From assembly GCF_009914755.1 (NCBI RefSeq), contig NC_060931.1: 64,000 bases of DNA. One strand, 5' to 3'. Each line of letters begins with the position of its first letter. Positions within the stretch are counted from its first letter, which is position 1. Below, piece after piece: positions 42,326 to 56,675 of the stretch. Source of the DNA: the human T2T-CHM13v2.0 reference genome, Homo sapiens. The notes under the pieces are model-generated. The model searched no databases. It worked only from the letters and a program-made list of their open reading frames with translations, and had not been told where the DNA came from. The position numbers and the translations under genes are program-made.

Positions 42326-43408
42326 TATCGGGAGAACCAGCCCCCGATATTTCAACATAGGTTCTTTTCTATTTTCCCTAAGTGTTGGCCGGTCTGAGAA
42401 ATAAAGGGAAAGAGTACAAAAGAGAGAAATTTTAAAGCTGGGTGTCCGAGGGAGACATCACATGTCGGCAGGTTCCATGATGCCCCTCAAGCCACAAAAC
42501 CAGCAAGGTTTTATTAGTGATTTTCAAAGGGGAAGGAGTGTATGAATAGGGCATGGGTCACAGAGAACACATGCTTCTCAAGGCAATAAAATATCACAAG
42601 GCAAATGGGGGCAGAGCAAGATCACAGGACCGGGGTGAAATTAAAATTGCTAATGAAGTTTCATGTCCCACTGGGCACACATTGTCATTGTTAACGTCTT
42701 TTCAGGAGACAGGGTTTGAGAGCAGACAACCAGTCTGATTAAAATTTATCAGGCAGGAATTTCTTCATCCTCATAGGCCTGGGAGTGCTACAGGAGACCA
42801 GGGCTTATTTCATCCCTTATCTATAACCATATAAGACAGACATTCCTAGAGTGGCCATTTTAGAGACCTCCCCCTAGGAATGCATTCTCTCAGGGCTGTT
42901 CCTTGCTGAGAAAAAGAATTCAGTGATATTTCTCCTATTCACTTTTGTAAGAAGAGAAATACAGCTCTGTTCCGCCTGGCTCCCAGGCACTCAGACCTAA
43001 TGGTTATCTCCCTTGTTCCCTGAACATTGCTGTTATCCTGTTCTTTTATCAAGGTGCCCAGATTTCATATTGTTTAAACACACATGCTTTACGAACAATT
43101 TGTGAAGTTAACACAATCATCACAGGGTCCTGAGACGACATACATCTTCAGCTTATGAAGATGATGGGATTAAGAGATTAAAGTAAAGACAGGCATAGGA
43201 AATCACAAGAGTATTGATTGGGGAAGTGATAAATGTCCATGAAATCTTCACAATTTATATTCAGAGACTGCAGTAAAGACAGGCATAAGACATTATAAAA
43301 GTATTAATTTGGGGAACGAATAAATGTCCATGAAATCTTCACAATTTATGTTCTTCTGCTGTGGCTTCAGCCGGTCCCTCCGTTCGGGGTCCCTGACTTC
43401 CCGCAACA
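42326..43408 (-). mobile_element. MER11 (MER11A-like) solo LTR, HERV-K11/HML-8
   Basis: The minus strand starts TGTTGCGGGAAGTCAGGGACCCCGAACGGAGGGACCGGCTG and ends ..GGCTGGTTCTCCCGATA; 1083 bp. Internal ~90-bp tandem unit (43182-43349). Flanking direct repeat ttatg at 42321-42325 / 43409-43413. Confidence 0.93.
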
Positions 43409-44509
43409 TTATGGACTATGGATTTGGAAAATATCATAAAATAATAAAAACAATTCCTTATACTTGCCTTATAGTGTATATTTTTAATGGTTGTTTATGT
43501 GAGTCATTTGTAGTATGAGCTTAATTGGGGAACACCTGGAAGAGTTTAATTTCAAGTCTCTTTTAAGGGGGACAGAGTTAGTTTGACAAATAGAGCTTGA
43601 GGCATTTTAGACTGGTAGCACAACATGTACAAAAATCAGAAAAGGTGAGAAGACAAGTTATATGTGGAGGACAGTCAGCATATTCTTGATACAATACAAT
43701 TCTTAGTGTAATAACTTTGTACTAGCAAAGTTACTTTTATTTACTTTTATTAAGTCTAATTAAATTGAATTTAGTGCCCTGTCTAAAAATTTAGTATAAG
43801 CTATTGATGGGGAGTTCCCTTTCCAATTGTTAATCATACAAAGGTCTTGGCATCTTATTTTGAACAAAATATTCCAGAAGGTTCTTTCATATTCAGTCCA
43901 TATTGGTGGCCAGTGAGCAATACATTTTATAAGGTTGCATGGACATTATATTCTGCTGACTTTCTGATGGGTTACATAAAAATTTCTAGGCCTAGAAATG
44001 CCAGAGCTTAGAGACCTGTCTATCCATATGCACCCTGAAGTCACCACCACTGAGACCTGTCGACGTTTACGGGAACTGGCATGGCGCAGAGTCCACATCA
44101 AGCTGGAAGTGTATGTCCTTTTCTCAAAGTCACTTGGCTTTCGATTTTCCCTTCTGCACATCTAACATAAAAGTTACATAGTTTTCAGGCTTTTACCAAA
44201 ACCACTAGAAATTTTTTTTTTAATACATTCTACCTCCTGCCCTCCAACACACATAAAATAAGGAAGATAATGACCTGGCCATCTGTTTATTGGTGGTAGG
44301 AGTAAGGGCCATGCAGGGAAAAGAGATATTATTTAATATTTTAATGATTTATCTTCTCTTTGCTGCCCTGATCAGTTAGATTTTTAGAATCTTCTCTAAG
44401 GTTCTTGTGGTAAACTCTAACAGATTTTTCCCTGGCTTTAGCATTTTGATAAAATCATTCCAACACAATGGACATAGTAAGAACAAAAGGAGTCCCTGAG
44501 ATGGCTAGC

Positions 44510-44655
44510 ATCATAGGTGATTTCCAACAGGACTTCAAACCCTGAAAATTATATATAAATATATGTGTGTTTGAATTTCTTCTGGAGGTAGGGCTATAGC
44601 TTTAAAATTTTCTTATAGGACTTTTTTACTTCCAGAAGTTTCACATTGGACCACT
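44510..44655 (+). mobile_element. Charlie4z-like hAT MITE remnant
   Basis: ccctgaaaattatatataaatatatgtgtgt..ttctggaggtagggctatagcttt....gaccact. Confidence 0.45.
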
Positions 44656-44945
44656 AATTTACAGCTAGTCCAAATGAGCATATCTGTTAATATAAGTAAA
44701 AATGCTCATGTAGGGGCAGCATTTTTTTAAAGTAAATCTTATGGAGTTTTTCTTTTTATCTTGTTATCTCTTATGATAGGACTGAATCAACCCCCCTGTA
44801 ACTGGTTCTTCTTGCTTCCCTGCACTCTGTTTATCCATTACCCTCTGATTTCTTCCTGACAACTGTCCTGTGTTCTATAATTATAGGGTCTTATTATCAA
44901 CTGGTTGATAAATTAATGTAAAGACCAAGACAGTAAGAAAAGGGA

Positions 44946-45465
<520 letters not shown>

Positions 45466-46321
45466 TATATCCTAGGAATATTTGTATCTTAACAATTGAC
45501 AAATAAAAATGTAAGTATTTTTAAAGCTCCCAAATTATTAACCAGAAAGTGGAATTAATGTTTAGGACATCAGGTCTTGTTCAGTGTCCTCAAATCTCAT
45601 CATCTGTTTTTGTACATTTTCTGTGAGACCATCTAGAACAGGAGCAATATCTTAGCCTTTCTATCTTTATGAATTATGTGATGCAAGTAAGCTGAGAGCA
45701 CATAGTGGTATGGTGAGTGAACTATAGCATTACAATGAAGAGACATCTAACTCAGCTCAGGTTATTCATATTCTTTAGGTTTCAACTTCAATATCAATAC
45801 TTTGAAAAGGCTTTCCTTGGCCTCCATGTTTTGTTAGTTGTCCCATTAGAAAAGTCCTAGAACATAACTATTTAATATCTGATTTTCCCATAGAGAATAA
45901 GCTTCGTGGCCAGAGTGGAAGGAGCTATCTCTGCCATGTCCAGTCTAGCATCCAGCAGAGTGGTCTTTCTATGTCACGTGTTCTATCACTGCTTGTTAAA
46001 CAATAGATAATACCTACGTGTTGCAGTGAGCGACTACTTCAGCTTTGTTACAACCTACTTCATAAGGTTGCTGGAAGAATTCATTTGAATTATGTATACA
46101 AAGTGTCTATTATGGTAGCTGAAACAGGGAATTCTTGACCTATGAGAGCTTTTTATGAATTGTCATTTGGAGAATCTGTTTTCTTTAGACTGAGTTCTCA
46201 AAATTTCCTCTTTCCCATTTCTGTTTGTTCTCATTTCCAAACCTGCAAACTTTGTATCTCCTTTCTGAAATTATGCATTAAAGTAGTCTGATCAGTTTTG
46301 CCCTCAAAACTTTCTGACATC

Positions 46322-46618
<297 letters not shown>

Positions 46619-46946
46619 TCAACCAAATGAAGAAAACCAATCATAACAATGATATTGGGAAATTACTTTTATCAAAGTCTCAGTAATCAGTTATCCTCTA
46701 GGGTGGGTCATGTCAGGATTTTCATAAAGATGTCAAAGACAACAGGAAAGAGAATTATAAAAACTTCAGCCATTTGGTAACAAAGGACAAAGGAGATGAC
46801 ACTTGCCAGTTTACTTCAATAAACCTGCTGGATAATTGCACAAAAAGCAGAGAAAACATTCACTTTTTTAAAGTTATGTTCAATTTATTCCTTTTGTTTC
46901 CTTTCTTTACTGAAGGAAATGAATAAATATGAATATAAGAAATAAG

Positions 46947-47300
46947 GGCCGGGCACAGTGGCTCATGCCTATAATCCCAGCAGTTTGGGAGGCCGAGACA
47001 GGTGGATCACCTGAGGTCAGGAGTTTGAGACCAGCCTGGCCAACATGGTAAAACCCCATCTCTACTAAAAATGCAAAAATTAGCTGGGCGTGATGGCAGG
47101 TGCCTGTAATCCCAGCTACGCAGGAGGCTGAGGTAGGAGAACTGCTTGAACTCAGGAGATGGAGGTTGCAGTGAGCCGAGATCATGCTACTGCACTCCAG
47201 CCTGGGTGACAGAGCAAGACTCTGTCAAAAAAAAAAAAAAAAAGAAAGAAAGAAAAAGAGAAAGAAAGAGTGAAAGAAGGAAAGAAAGAGAGAAAAAGAG
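46947..47300 (+). mobile_element. AluS (Sx/Sz-like) with (GAAA)n-degenerated tail
   Basis: ggatcacctgaggtcaggagtttgagaccagcctggccaacatgg; tail at 47227-47300 is A/GA-rich. Confidence 0.93.
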
Positions 47301-48068
47301 ACTAAGAAAGAATTGGAGGAAAGCTTTTCAAGACTTTTCGTCAATTTCTCATTTCTATGTTGCCCAGAATGTCTTTTCTCATTTTCTCCTACTATTTTTG
47401 TGGCAATTATCTGTGTATCCCATATTAAATCTCTAATTCACTTTATGATTGCAGGTGCTTTTCTTCTCTGCCTGATAATTTTCACAGGGGCCAAAAGATT
47501 GGCATCCAGGACATTAATGGTCCTCATTATAAAACTCATCTTTGCCTCCTCTCCACAAGACATCAAATAGGACTATTTCAGGATAACATTTATGGACAAG
47601 CATTCACTGATCACTATAGTTGGAAACCTAATTGTATCCCTCATTTATTTGGGCTTCAATATCATTAATTTATATTTCACACCCATAAGTGCTTATAATT
47701 GTCAATAAACTGCCAAAAAATGACAAGTGCCGTAGGTGCTCTGAGAGCTGGAAATTCAGAGGTGAAACAGATTATGACGTGAAAAACTCAAGAGAATAGA
47801 AACCAGGTTCTCATTAAAAGAATTTCTTTAAAACACTTCTAGTGAATGCCATCTGGCCTGGTGATATTTTTTATTTAATTTGCCCAATAGCTGAAGAACA
47901 TTCTGTGAATTTAGCACTATTGGACTGCTATCTCTGACCTCAAGTTCAAAAGACATTTTGGCAACAGGATATTCCATGTTATTACCTTCAGTACCCACAA
48001 AGGTAAAAATTTCATTTGGTCCCTCTGATTTCAATCTTGTTTTTAATCTTTGTGGAATGCTTTAAAAA

Positions 48069-48083
48069 TGTGTGTATGTGTGT

Positions 48084-48115
<32 letters not shown>

Positions 48116-48141
48116 CGGTGTCTGTCTGTGTGTGTGTGTGT
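48069..48141 (+). repeat. Interrupted (TG)n microsatellite
   Basis: tgtgtgtatgtgtgtgtgtctgtgtg... read directly. Confidence 0.95.
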
Positions 48142-48144
48142 ACT

Positions 48145-48843
48145 TTTTTATCTTTTTTTTTTGTAATAGCCATCCTAAATATTAAATATCCAAAACACTA
48201 TGAGGAGATAGCTCTGTGATTTTTTTCTTTTACTTTAAGTTCCTGGATACATGTGCAGAATGTGCAGGTTTGTTACGTAGGTAAATGTGTGCTATGGTGG
48301 TTTGCTGCACCTATCAACCCGTCACCTAGGTATTAAGTTCTGCATTCATTAGCTATTTGTCTTAATGCTCTCCGTTCCCTAGCAACCCCCACCCACCACG
48401 ACAGGCCCCGTGTGTGTTGTTCCCCTCCCTGTGTCCATGTGTTTCATTGTTTAGCTCCCACTTATCAGTGAGAACTCTTTGTAGTTTTGATTGGCATTTC
48501 ACTGATGATTAGTGATGATGAGCACCTTTTTACATGCCTATTTATTGGCCATTTGTATGTCTTCTTTGGAGAACTATCTATTCTATTCAAGTCCTTTGCC
48601 TATTTTTAATCAGGTTATTTGCTTTTTGCTATTGTTGTTCTTTTGTATTCTTTTTTTGCTATTGAATTGTAGACATTTCTTTAAGAAATTTTTTTTTGAT
48701 ATTTAACATTTTGGATATCAACTCATTGTCAGATACATGGTTTGCAAATATTTTCTCTTATTTCATAATTTGCCTTTTCATTCTGTTGATTGTTTCATTT
48801 TTTGTACAGAAGGTTTTCAGTTTCATGTACTTCCACTTGCCAG
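48145..48843 (-). mobile_element. Old L1 ORF2 3' segment (probable inverted part of the adjacent L1MA/MB), interrupted by L1PA8-like fragment
   Basis: aatagccatcctaa..., tttgattggcatttcactgatgattagtgatgatgagca, ggtttgcaaatattttctc, cagaaggttttcagtttcatgtacttccacttg. Confidence 0.8.
48220..48475 (-). mobile_element. L1PA8-like 3'UTR fragment
   Basis: tactttaagttcctggatacatgtgcagaatgtgcaggtttgttacgtaggtaaa..gcacctatcaacccgtcacctaggtattaag. Confidence 0.88.
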
Positions 48844-49960
48844 TTGAAAAGAGTATGGTAGTTCCTTAAAAACTTAAAGAACTACTATGTGATAAAATCA
48901 GTCACAGATGGACAAATACTACATTATTCCAGTTATATGAGTAATCTAAAATAGTCAAACTTACAGAAGCAGAGATAGAATGGTGGGTGGTAGGGGCTGG
49001 GGAAAAGGGAGAATGGGGAGTTGCTGTTTAATTAATGGCTATAAAGTTTAAGTTTTACATGATGAATAAGTTCTAGAGATGTGTTGTACAACACTGTGCC
49101 TATAGTTAACAATACTGTATGTAAACTTCAAAATTGTTAAGAGGGTTGATCTAACATTATATGTTCTTGCTGTAAAATGTGAATAGAGGTTCCTCTTCAA
49201 AGAGAGTTTCCTCCCCATCTAATTAAGAACAAATAGTAACTTCTCTTAGAAACAAAATTTATTGAAACACCTGGGCTAACATTCTTAAATATCTGCTAAC
49301 CATAATAAAAAAAAATCAATATACTTTGTGTTCTTAACTCCCACAATTTAGCCTAAATATTTGCCCTGGCATGCTTATGCTGGTCCAAGCAAGCATTAGG
49401 TCATAGCCTGTTCCTCTTCTTTATTTGGAGGTGTTTTTACCTACCTTGGCATTCCACAAGTTACTTCCTCCTTCCTTTGTTCTCCTCTGCCTTTGCCTCT
49501 TTTGAAAAGTTCTAAGTTGCTAGTCAATCAGGACAAATACAGAATGTGAGGTCCCGTTCCAGCCAATGGAAACCAGACACAGCAGTAGGGTGGACGCATC
49601 AAGTTATAAATGACCCTGTCTCCTTTGTTCAATGTATTCTTGTGGCAAAACTGATGGCAAGTGTACCCTTTCTGCAGAAAGTAAAAAAGTGGCCTTGCTG
49701 AGAAAATTAAATTTATATTCAAGTGCTATTTCTTTATGACACTGGGGAACAAGCATTTCTAACATTGCCAAAGTTAATAAGGAAAAGAGAAGAACAAAGA
49801 GTCAGGAGAAAACTCTTGGAGGTGATGGATATGTTTATTACCTTGATTGTGGTGATAGTTTCATAGTTGTACACATACATCAAAAGTCACCAAATTGTAT
49901 ATTTTGAATATATGCACTTTTTCTATATCAATTATACTGCAATAAAACTGTTAAAATATA
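48844..49960 (+). mobile_element. L1MA10/L1MB-like 3' end, split by an LTR
   Basis: gatgaataagttctagagat..tgtacaacactgtgcctatagttaacaatactgta; resumes after the LTR with ttggaggtgatggatatgtttattaccttgattgtggtgatagtttca..caattatactgcaataaaactgtt. Confidence 0.85.
49171..49764 (+). mobile_element. ERV1 solo LTR (LTR10C-like, HERV-I group)
   Basis: TG...CA termini; 594 bp; 4-bp TSD ttgc (49167-49170 / 49765-49768). CCAAT at 49563, TATAAA at 49605, ATTAAA at 49706. Opening agaggttcctcttcaaaga matches my recall of LTR10C. Confidence 0.85.
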
Positions 49961-49964
49961 TACT

Positions 49965-50955
<991 letters not shown>

Positions 50956-50959
50956 TATA

Positions 50960-52900
50960 ATTTTCAGAGATTTCTCTGGGTACTTTAATTCACACAATTA
51001 ACTTTATTGATGTTTTCCCCACTTGAAGTAGAACCTTACCACCGTATAAATCCACTTACCCATCCTCCGTTATATTGTAGTTGTCTTATGCATTATATCC
51101 CCACACATTGAAAACCTTATCAGACATTGTTATAATTTTTGCTTCCAACAGTCCAAATATATTTTATAAAACAAAATAAGAGAATATTCTATTATATTTA
51201 TTCTGATTTCACCATTTCTGTTGTTCTTCCTCTATTTCCAATGTTCCAAGTTTTCTTTTGGTATCATTTCTCTTACGTCTTAAAAACTTCTTTACAATTC
51301 TATTATAATAAGTCTGCTATCCAGAAATCCTTTTAGTTTTCCTTAATCTGAAAATCAGGAATTTCATTCCTGAAGGATATTTCCGCTGGATATAGAAGTC
51401 TGCATTAGACTTATTTTCATCCAATATTTCGGAAATTTTGTTACACATTTTTCTGGCCTCATAATTTTTGATAAGACATCCACAGTCATTTGATTCATCA
51501 TTGCACTGTAAGTATGCATCATTTTTCCCTGGTTACTTTTAAGATTTTTTGTTTATCTTTAGTCTTAAGCAATCTAATTATGATATTATTGATATCGATT
51601 TCTTTCGGTTTATCTGTTTTGCAATTCGCTGGGCTTCTTGAATATGTAGGTTAATGTCTTTTGCCAAATTTCGGAAGTTTTCAACCCTTATGTTTTTCAA
51701 AATATTTTTTGCACTACATTTTTTTTCTTCTTTCTGGGCACAGATGGCATGGAGATTAGACATTTTGGTATTTGTTCACTTGTCCTTTATCCTGTATTTA
51801 ACTTTTTTTCATCTTTTTATTTTCCATTATTTATATTGAATAACTTCTACTGATCTATCTTCAAATTCAGTGACTTTTCTATCTTCCTCAATCTTCTATC
51901 AAGCCCATCCAGTAAGAGTATTTTTTGCTTGTTTGTTTGTTTCTGGTTATAATATTTTTCAGTTCTGAACTTTCCATGTGGCTCTCCCTTAGATAAAGGA
52001 TGATACCTCTGTGTCATCTCAATGTTGAAGTTTAACAGTTCTTTTCTCATGCAAGTTGAAATTTCCTTTGTTCTTCAGAAGCCAAGTAATTTTCGGATTG
52101 TATCATAACCATTTTGAATGTTTTGTTATAAGATTCTGCGTTTCACTTTATCTCTGTAGAGATTACTAATTATATTTTTAAGAAGACAATCATCCTGTCC
52201 GGGTGCAGCCTGCAAGTCCTGATCTACCTTCTATGGGTTGTGATTCCAATGTCAGCTCAGCTTTCAAAGCCTTTGAAGGGCTACTGAGATCTATGCCATG
52301 TGTGCATCACCCAGTGGTCAATGTAGGACTCAAATGTGGTCTATCCCATAGTTCAGTTATCAAAGCCTATGCACGCTGTTTAGGGTCCTATTCATTTATG
52401 CTCAGTTTTGGGATAAGCCCAAAACTTTATAAGGGACTTTGTGAAGTCACATTCTCCTTTTTCTCCGTGATTACCTCAGTACTCCCTTTAAACTTCTCCA
52501 TCAAATAAGCTACAGTTTTATATATTCTGCTGTGCTGTGTAATTTCTTGGACTACACATGTGTTTGAAGTTAAGAGGCAGGAGGACAGAGAGACAGAAAA
52601 GTAACAAGAGTTCCCCTTCCGCTTGGGGCTATGGCTCCTTTAATAGGAAAGTCCCCTCAGTTTTAGGCTTCTGTCATAGAATTGTTTGGGGGCTTATATG
52701 TAAGAAAACACAGGAAAAAGAAGAAAAAATGGAAAATTTTCTCCATTTCATCTGCACGTAAGAAGACCCTTCTCCTTATTCTTGAGCCTGGACTAGAAGG
52801 CTTTTCCTGAAGCTCTCTGTGTCTGCTCTGATGCCACTGAAGAATTTCAGTCTGAATTGAGTTCAGTCGGGGGTAATGGAGGAAAATCATGGTAAACTTA
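50960..52900 (-). mobile_element. Ancient L1M ORF1/5' region
   Basis: The minus ORF at 51578-51763 reads ..ENFRNLAKDINLHIQEAQRI.., typical of L1 ORF1p. Also ttcattcctgaaggatatttccgctggatataga. Right end approximate. Confidence 0.75.
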
Positions 52901-52944
52901 CCACCCATCCAGTGAGCTCTTCTTACCTTTCCATCTGCTACTAT

Positions 52945-53935
52945 TTTTAATAGACAATTTTTTTAGAACAGTTCTACATTTACAGAAAAACTGATCAGAG
53001 AGTACAGGGAGTTTCTATGTCCTCCTTTTATCTCACATGCAGTTTCTCATATTATTAACTTTTTACATTAGTATGGTACATTGGTGACAATTAATGAACT
53101 TATATCCCTATATTAACTAAAGTCCATAGTTTATTCAGGCTTTCTTAGTTTTTGCCAAATGTTCTTTTTCTCTCCCAGGATTTCCATAATGTTCTCTTTG
53201 GGAAGGGAGCCATTATATGTAGCCCACACTTAAGGAGTGAGGAGTTGTGCTCTCATTCTTTAAGGTGGAGTATCTACCTAATGTATCTGGGATTCTTCCG
53301 CACAGATTTGTTGTTTTCCTTCTCTGTTTATTAATGTATTCAATTATTTATTCATACTATAATGGATTAATAGATATTTATTTTACATGTGGGTTATAAT
53401 CCAATACTGCTTTATTTATTTTTCTATTAGAATTGTTCCATTTTTGACCATTGGGAACTCTCTCAGTCTTCTCCTGTGTCGATTTCATATGCCCCCCACA
53501 TTTTTTAAAGCACTTCCTTACTTTCTGGCATTACAAGATGCACCAGGCTCATCTTGCATATTTCCCACTCCAGTACCAGCATCAGCCAATTCTCCAAGAA
53601 GCCTTAGTTTCTTTCCTTGGAAAATGGTATTAGAAATCAGTATCTGGGAATTAGGTGTTCATTTCACTACTGGGGAGTCAATCGTTTTAGGCCTCTTCCA
53701 CAGAAAGAGAAGAGAAATATGTATGTATATATGAATATATATATACACACATGTATCTATACATAATTTATCTATAGTTACTTATATCTATATTAAGGTA
53801 AACAAGAGTTGTTACTGATGTCTCCAACTGTAGCACATTAGCACACCTCATTCTAGCATTCTCCTTTTGGTTATTTGTAGATTACCACCCCCACATTGAA
53901 AAACCCACTCCCACAATATGCCATCAATTTATTAT
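52945..53935 (-). mobile_element. L1MC-type 3' region
   Basis: ttttttagaacagttctacatttacagaaaaactgatcagagagtacag, taactaaagtccatagtttattcag, ctttctggcattacaagatgcaccaggctcatcttg. Confidence 0.85.
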
Positions 53936-54071
53936 TATTGGATTCCACTGATTATCTGGAAGCTTATTGGTAACAAATTCTCATGCTTCAAAAAGTCCCA
54001 TCTGTTCTGAATCAAAATGAGACTTTAATTCAAATGAAAGTTTTTTTTTTTCCTTTCTCCCATCCCAGGCT

Positions 54072-54245
54072 TGGCAACTTGCATCAGGAGATGAATGGAT
54101 GTTCTATCGTTTATCCTTTAATCTCTTAAAATCTTCCTTTCCTACTTCCTTTCCTTCCTTTCACTGGAAACCTGCATCAGGAAATGAATGCATGTTTATC
54201 GTTTATCTTGTATCTTTTCATCTCTTAAAATCTTCCTTTCCTACT
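54072..54245 (+). repeat. Diverged two-copy tandem duplication (~93-bp period)
   Basis: tgcatcagga(g/a)atgaatg..tatcgtttatc..atctcttaaaatcttcctttcctact at 54072-54146 and 54165-54245. Confidence 0.9.
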
Positions 54246-55544
54246 GGCAGTACTCTTCCTCCAGGATCCTCCACAGTTGGGCATGGAAAGGGGAATGATT
54301 TCATCTGATTAGGGGCTTTATGATGTAATATTAGCAACTTCGGCACAGCAAATACCCACATATGGGCCCTTTCTGAGATGGGGTACTTCTGTGATATGGA
54401 GCAACTCCTCTACATGAGGAATTCCACTGAAGCATTCTCTGTTCAGTACCCCCCATCAGCTAGTCCTCTGGCAATACATTTCAAGCATACTCTATCTGTT
54501 GAGGATGCATGTCCCCTTTTTGACATGACCTTTCCTGGATGGCCCATGGTTAGTTACCTTTTATCTACTCTAGCTTGTGCATATACCTTCCTTCCCTGTG
54601 TTTATTGTATAAATGTCTTCCTCATTTATCTCTTTTTCCTAATTTGGCTCTCATAGCTTCAGCTAGATGATACCTTTTAAAGGTTTTTTTTTTGTTTTTT
54701 TTTTTTTCCTTTGGAAAGAATTAAGCACAAGTCTATGTGTTCTCCAATATTTTGTCTTGCATCCCTCACATTGCTTGGCTTGATTTGGAGGGTGTACCTC
54801 CCTCCACTCCTTTGTAGGTAGGAAGAAAAAGGAAACTGAAAACACTCCAGAAACTCCCTTAGAGTCTCCATTCACTAGTACTCCCACCCAATTATTTTTC
54901 TAGCATCCTTTATGTACTTTAGACTTGGATAATACAGTAATTTTTGTCATATTGGATTTGGCCATCACTTTAGAAAATCCTAGCATAGGTGCTCTGCCAA
55001 CTAGCTTTAGTATTGTTGTTAAATGAGACTGCAAACAAACAAAAACTAGCTCTATTAACACATTTTAATGTATCTCTAGATATATACTAGGCAAACACAT
55101 ACAATGTTTTTGAACAGTATGTGTGCCCTTTATCTAGTACTACTTTCCTTTTCGCTGAGTTGAGCACTGATGAAGGTCATCTTCGCCTCTATTACTTTAG
55201 ACCTCAACCAAGGGTCAATCCATAGTGGTAAGTCTCTCCTTTATTTTCTTACAGTGTTGCTTTGTCTTCTCTGTCTTCCTTCAGAGTCAAATATAATTTC
55301 CAAGCAGATGGTCCTGTCTCACAAATTAACCCACTTAGGACTTGCCACATATATGATATCACTATAAAGGAACAAATGAGCCAGCAACGAAGGGAAAATT
55401 AAGGTTCTTTACTGTTTCCACCAAAGGTCCACCCACCCCAATCCCAGGGTTGCCATCAATTGAGGAAGGAGGACTACAAATGCTGTAGATAATTGTACCA
55501 ATAACATATTGCTATAGCAGACTGTGCTATGGTGGAGGCAGGTG

Positions 55545-55705
55545 TCCCAGGAGAAAGCAGAAGTGCACAGAGTCTCTTAAGGCCTAGACACAGAAATGGC
55601 ATAACATCACTTCTGCCACATTTTCTTGACCATAGTGAGTTGTAAAGCCTGCCAAGATTCAATATTTCAAGTACAGGGCAATGGACTCTGTTCTCATTGG
55701 GCCCT
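55545..55705 (-). mobile_element. MaLR MLT1 fragment
   Basis: agtctcttaaggcctagacacagaaatggcataacatcacttctgccacatt. Confidence 0.7.
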
Positions 55706-56572
55706 GTATTATGTTATGTTATGTTACATATACCATGTGCTATGGTATATGCAAATGTCCCATGTCTCCCTTTCAGCTATGTCCCAGGACATCTAGGACC
55801 AGTAGCTATTCTACGAAAAGCCAAGGACACTTGGAAAACAGTCTAGGTTTCTACACTTGGCTAAAATATGAAGAGTGAGTTGGGGTTAAGACTAATGAAA
55901 TAATTCATCTGAATTTCTTAAAAGGGGCTCTTGAAACATAAGGGACTCTTGAATTCTGTATTCAACATAAAAGCGTTGAAGAGTAAAGCAAAATTGGTTG
56001 TGATTATTTAAAAATATTTAACCTGGGCTTATTCCAGCCAGTGGATGTAAAAATAAAAGGGTTGGTTTGTTGGGTCTTTTTCAAACCATGTCTCTGTGAA
56101 GAGAACAATTAAGAACAAAACTTGAGTTGGATCAGAGTTCATGTAAGAATAGCTTATTTCTAATATTTTGAAATGGATAAAAGCAGTAGTTTTATCTTTT
56201 CCTCTGAGTGGAGATTGTAAAGGGGCCAATATTAATTTATCTTTAAGAATGAATCTATAAACATAAAAGTTCCATCATTGACCCTTTTCTCTAATTTCTT
56301 TTTGACTTATGAACAGATAACTATACTCCATACAAAAATGAACTCTGAAGACATAGCATGATGGCATATTTACCAAAATACCATGTTGTAGTCATATCAA
56401 ACTTAGAATAAACTTCTATCTATCATTAATATGATTAATTACTAGGTAATACTATTCTGTGTAATTATTAAGCACAGAAAATAAATCAACTTATGTAAAT
56501 TTTTGAAGTTAATATGTCTTTCCTACTAAAGACATCTTTTATTAATAAAAATCGATTTCCTTTGTTACTACT

Positions 56573-56675
56573 TACATTATCCTTAAATTGTACCAATCAG
56601 CTTTTTTTGTTGTTTACATATATCTACATTATCTTCAAATTGTACCAATCACCTTTTTTTTTGTTTACATATATC
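56573..56675 (+). repeat. Two-copy ~52-bp tandem duplication
   Basis: tacattatc..aaattgtaccaatca.cttttttt..tgtttacatatatc at 56573-56624 and 56625-56675. Confidence 0.92.

Noticed and set aside
43182-43349. ~90-bp tandem repeat as a novel element
   Set aside because: An internal feature of the MER11 LTR.
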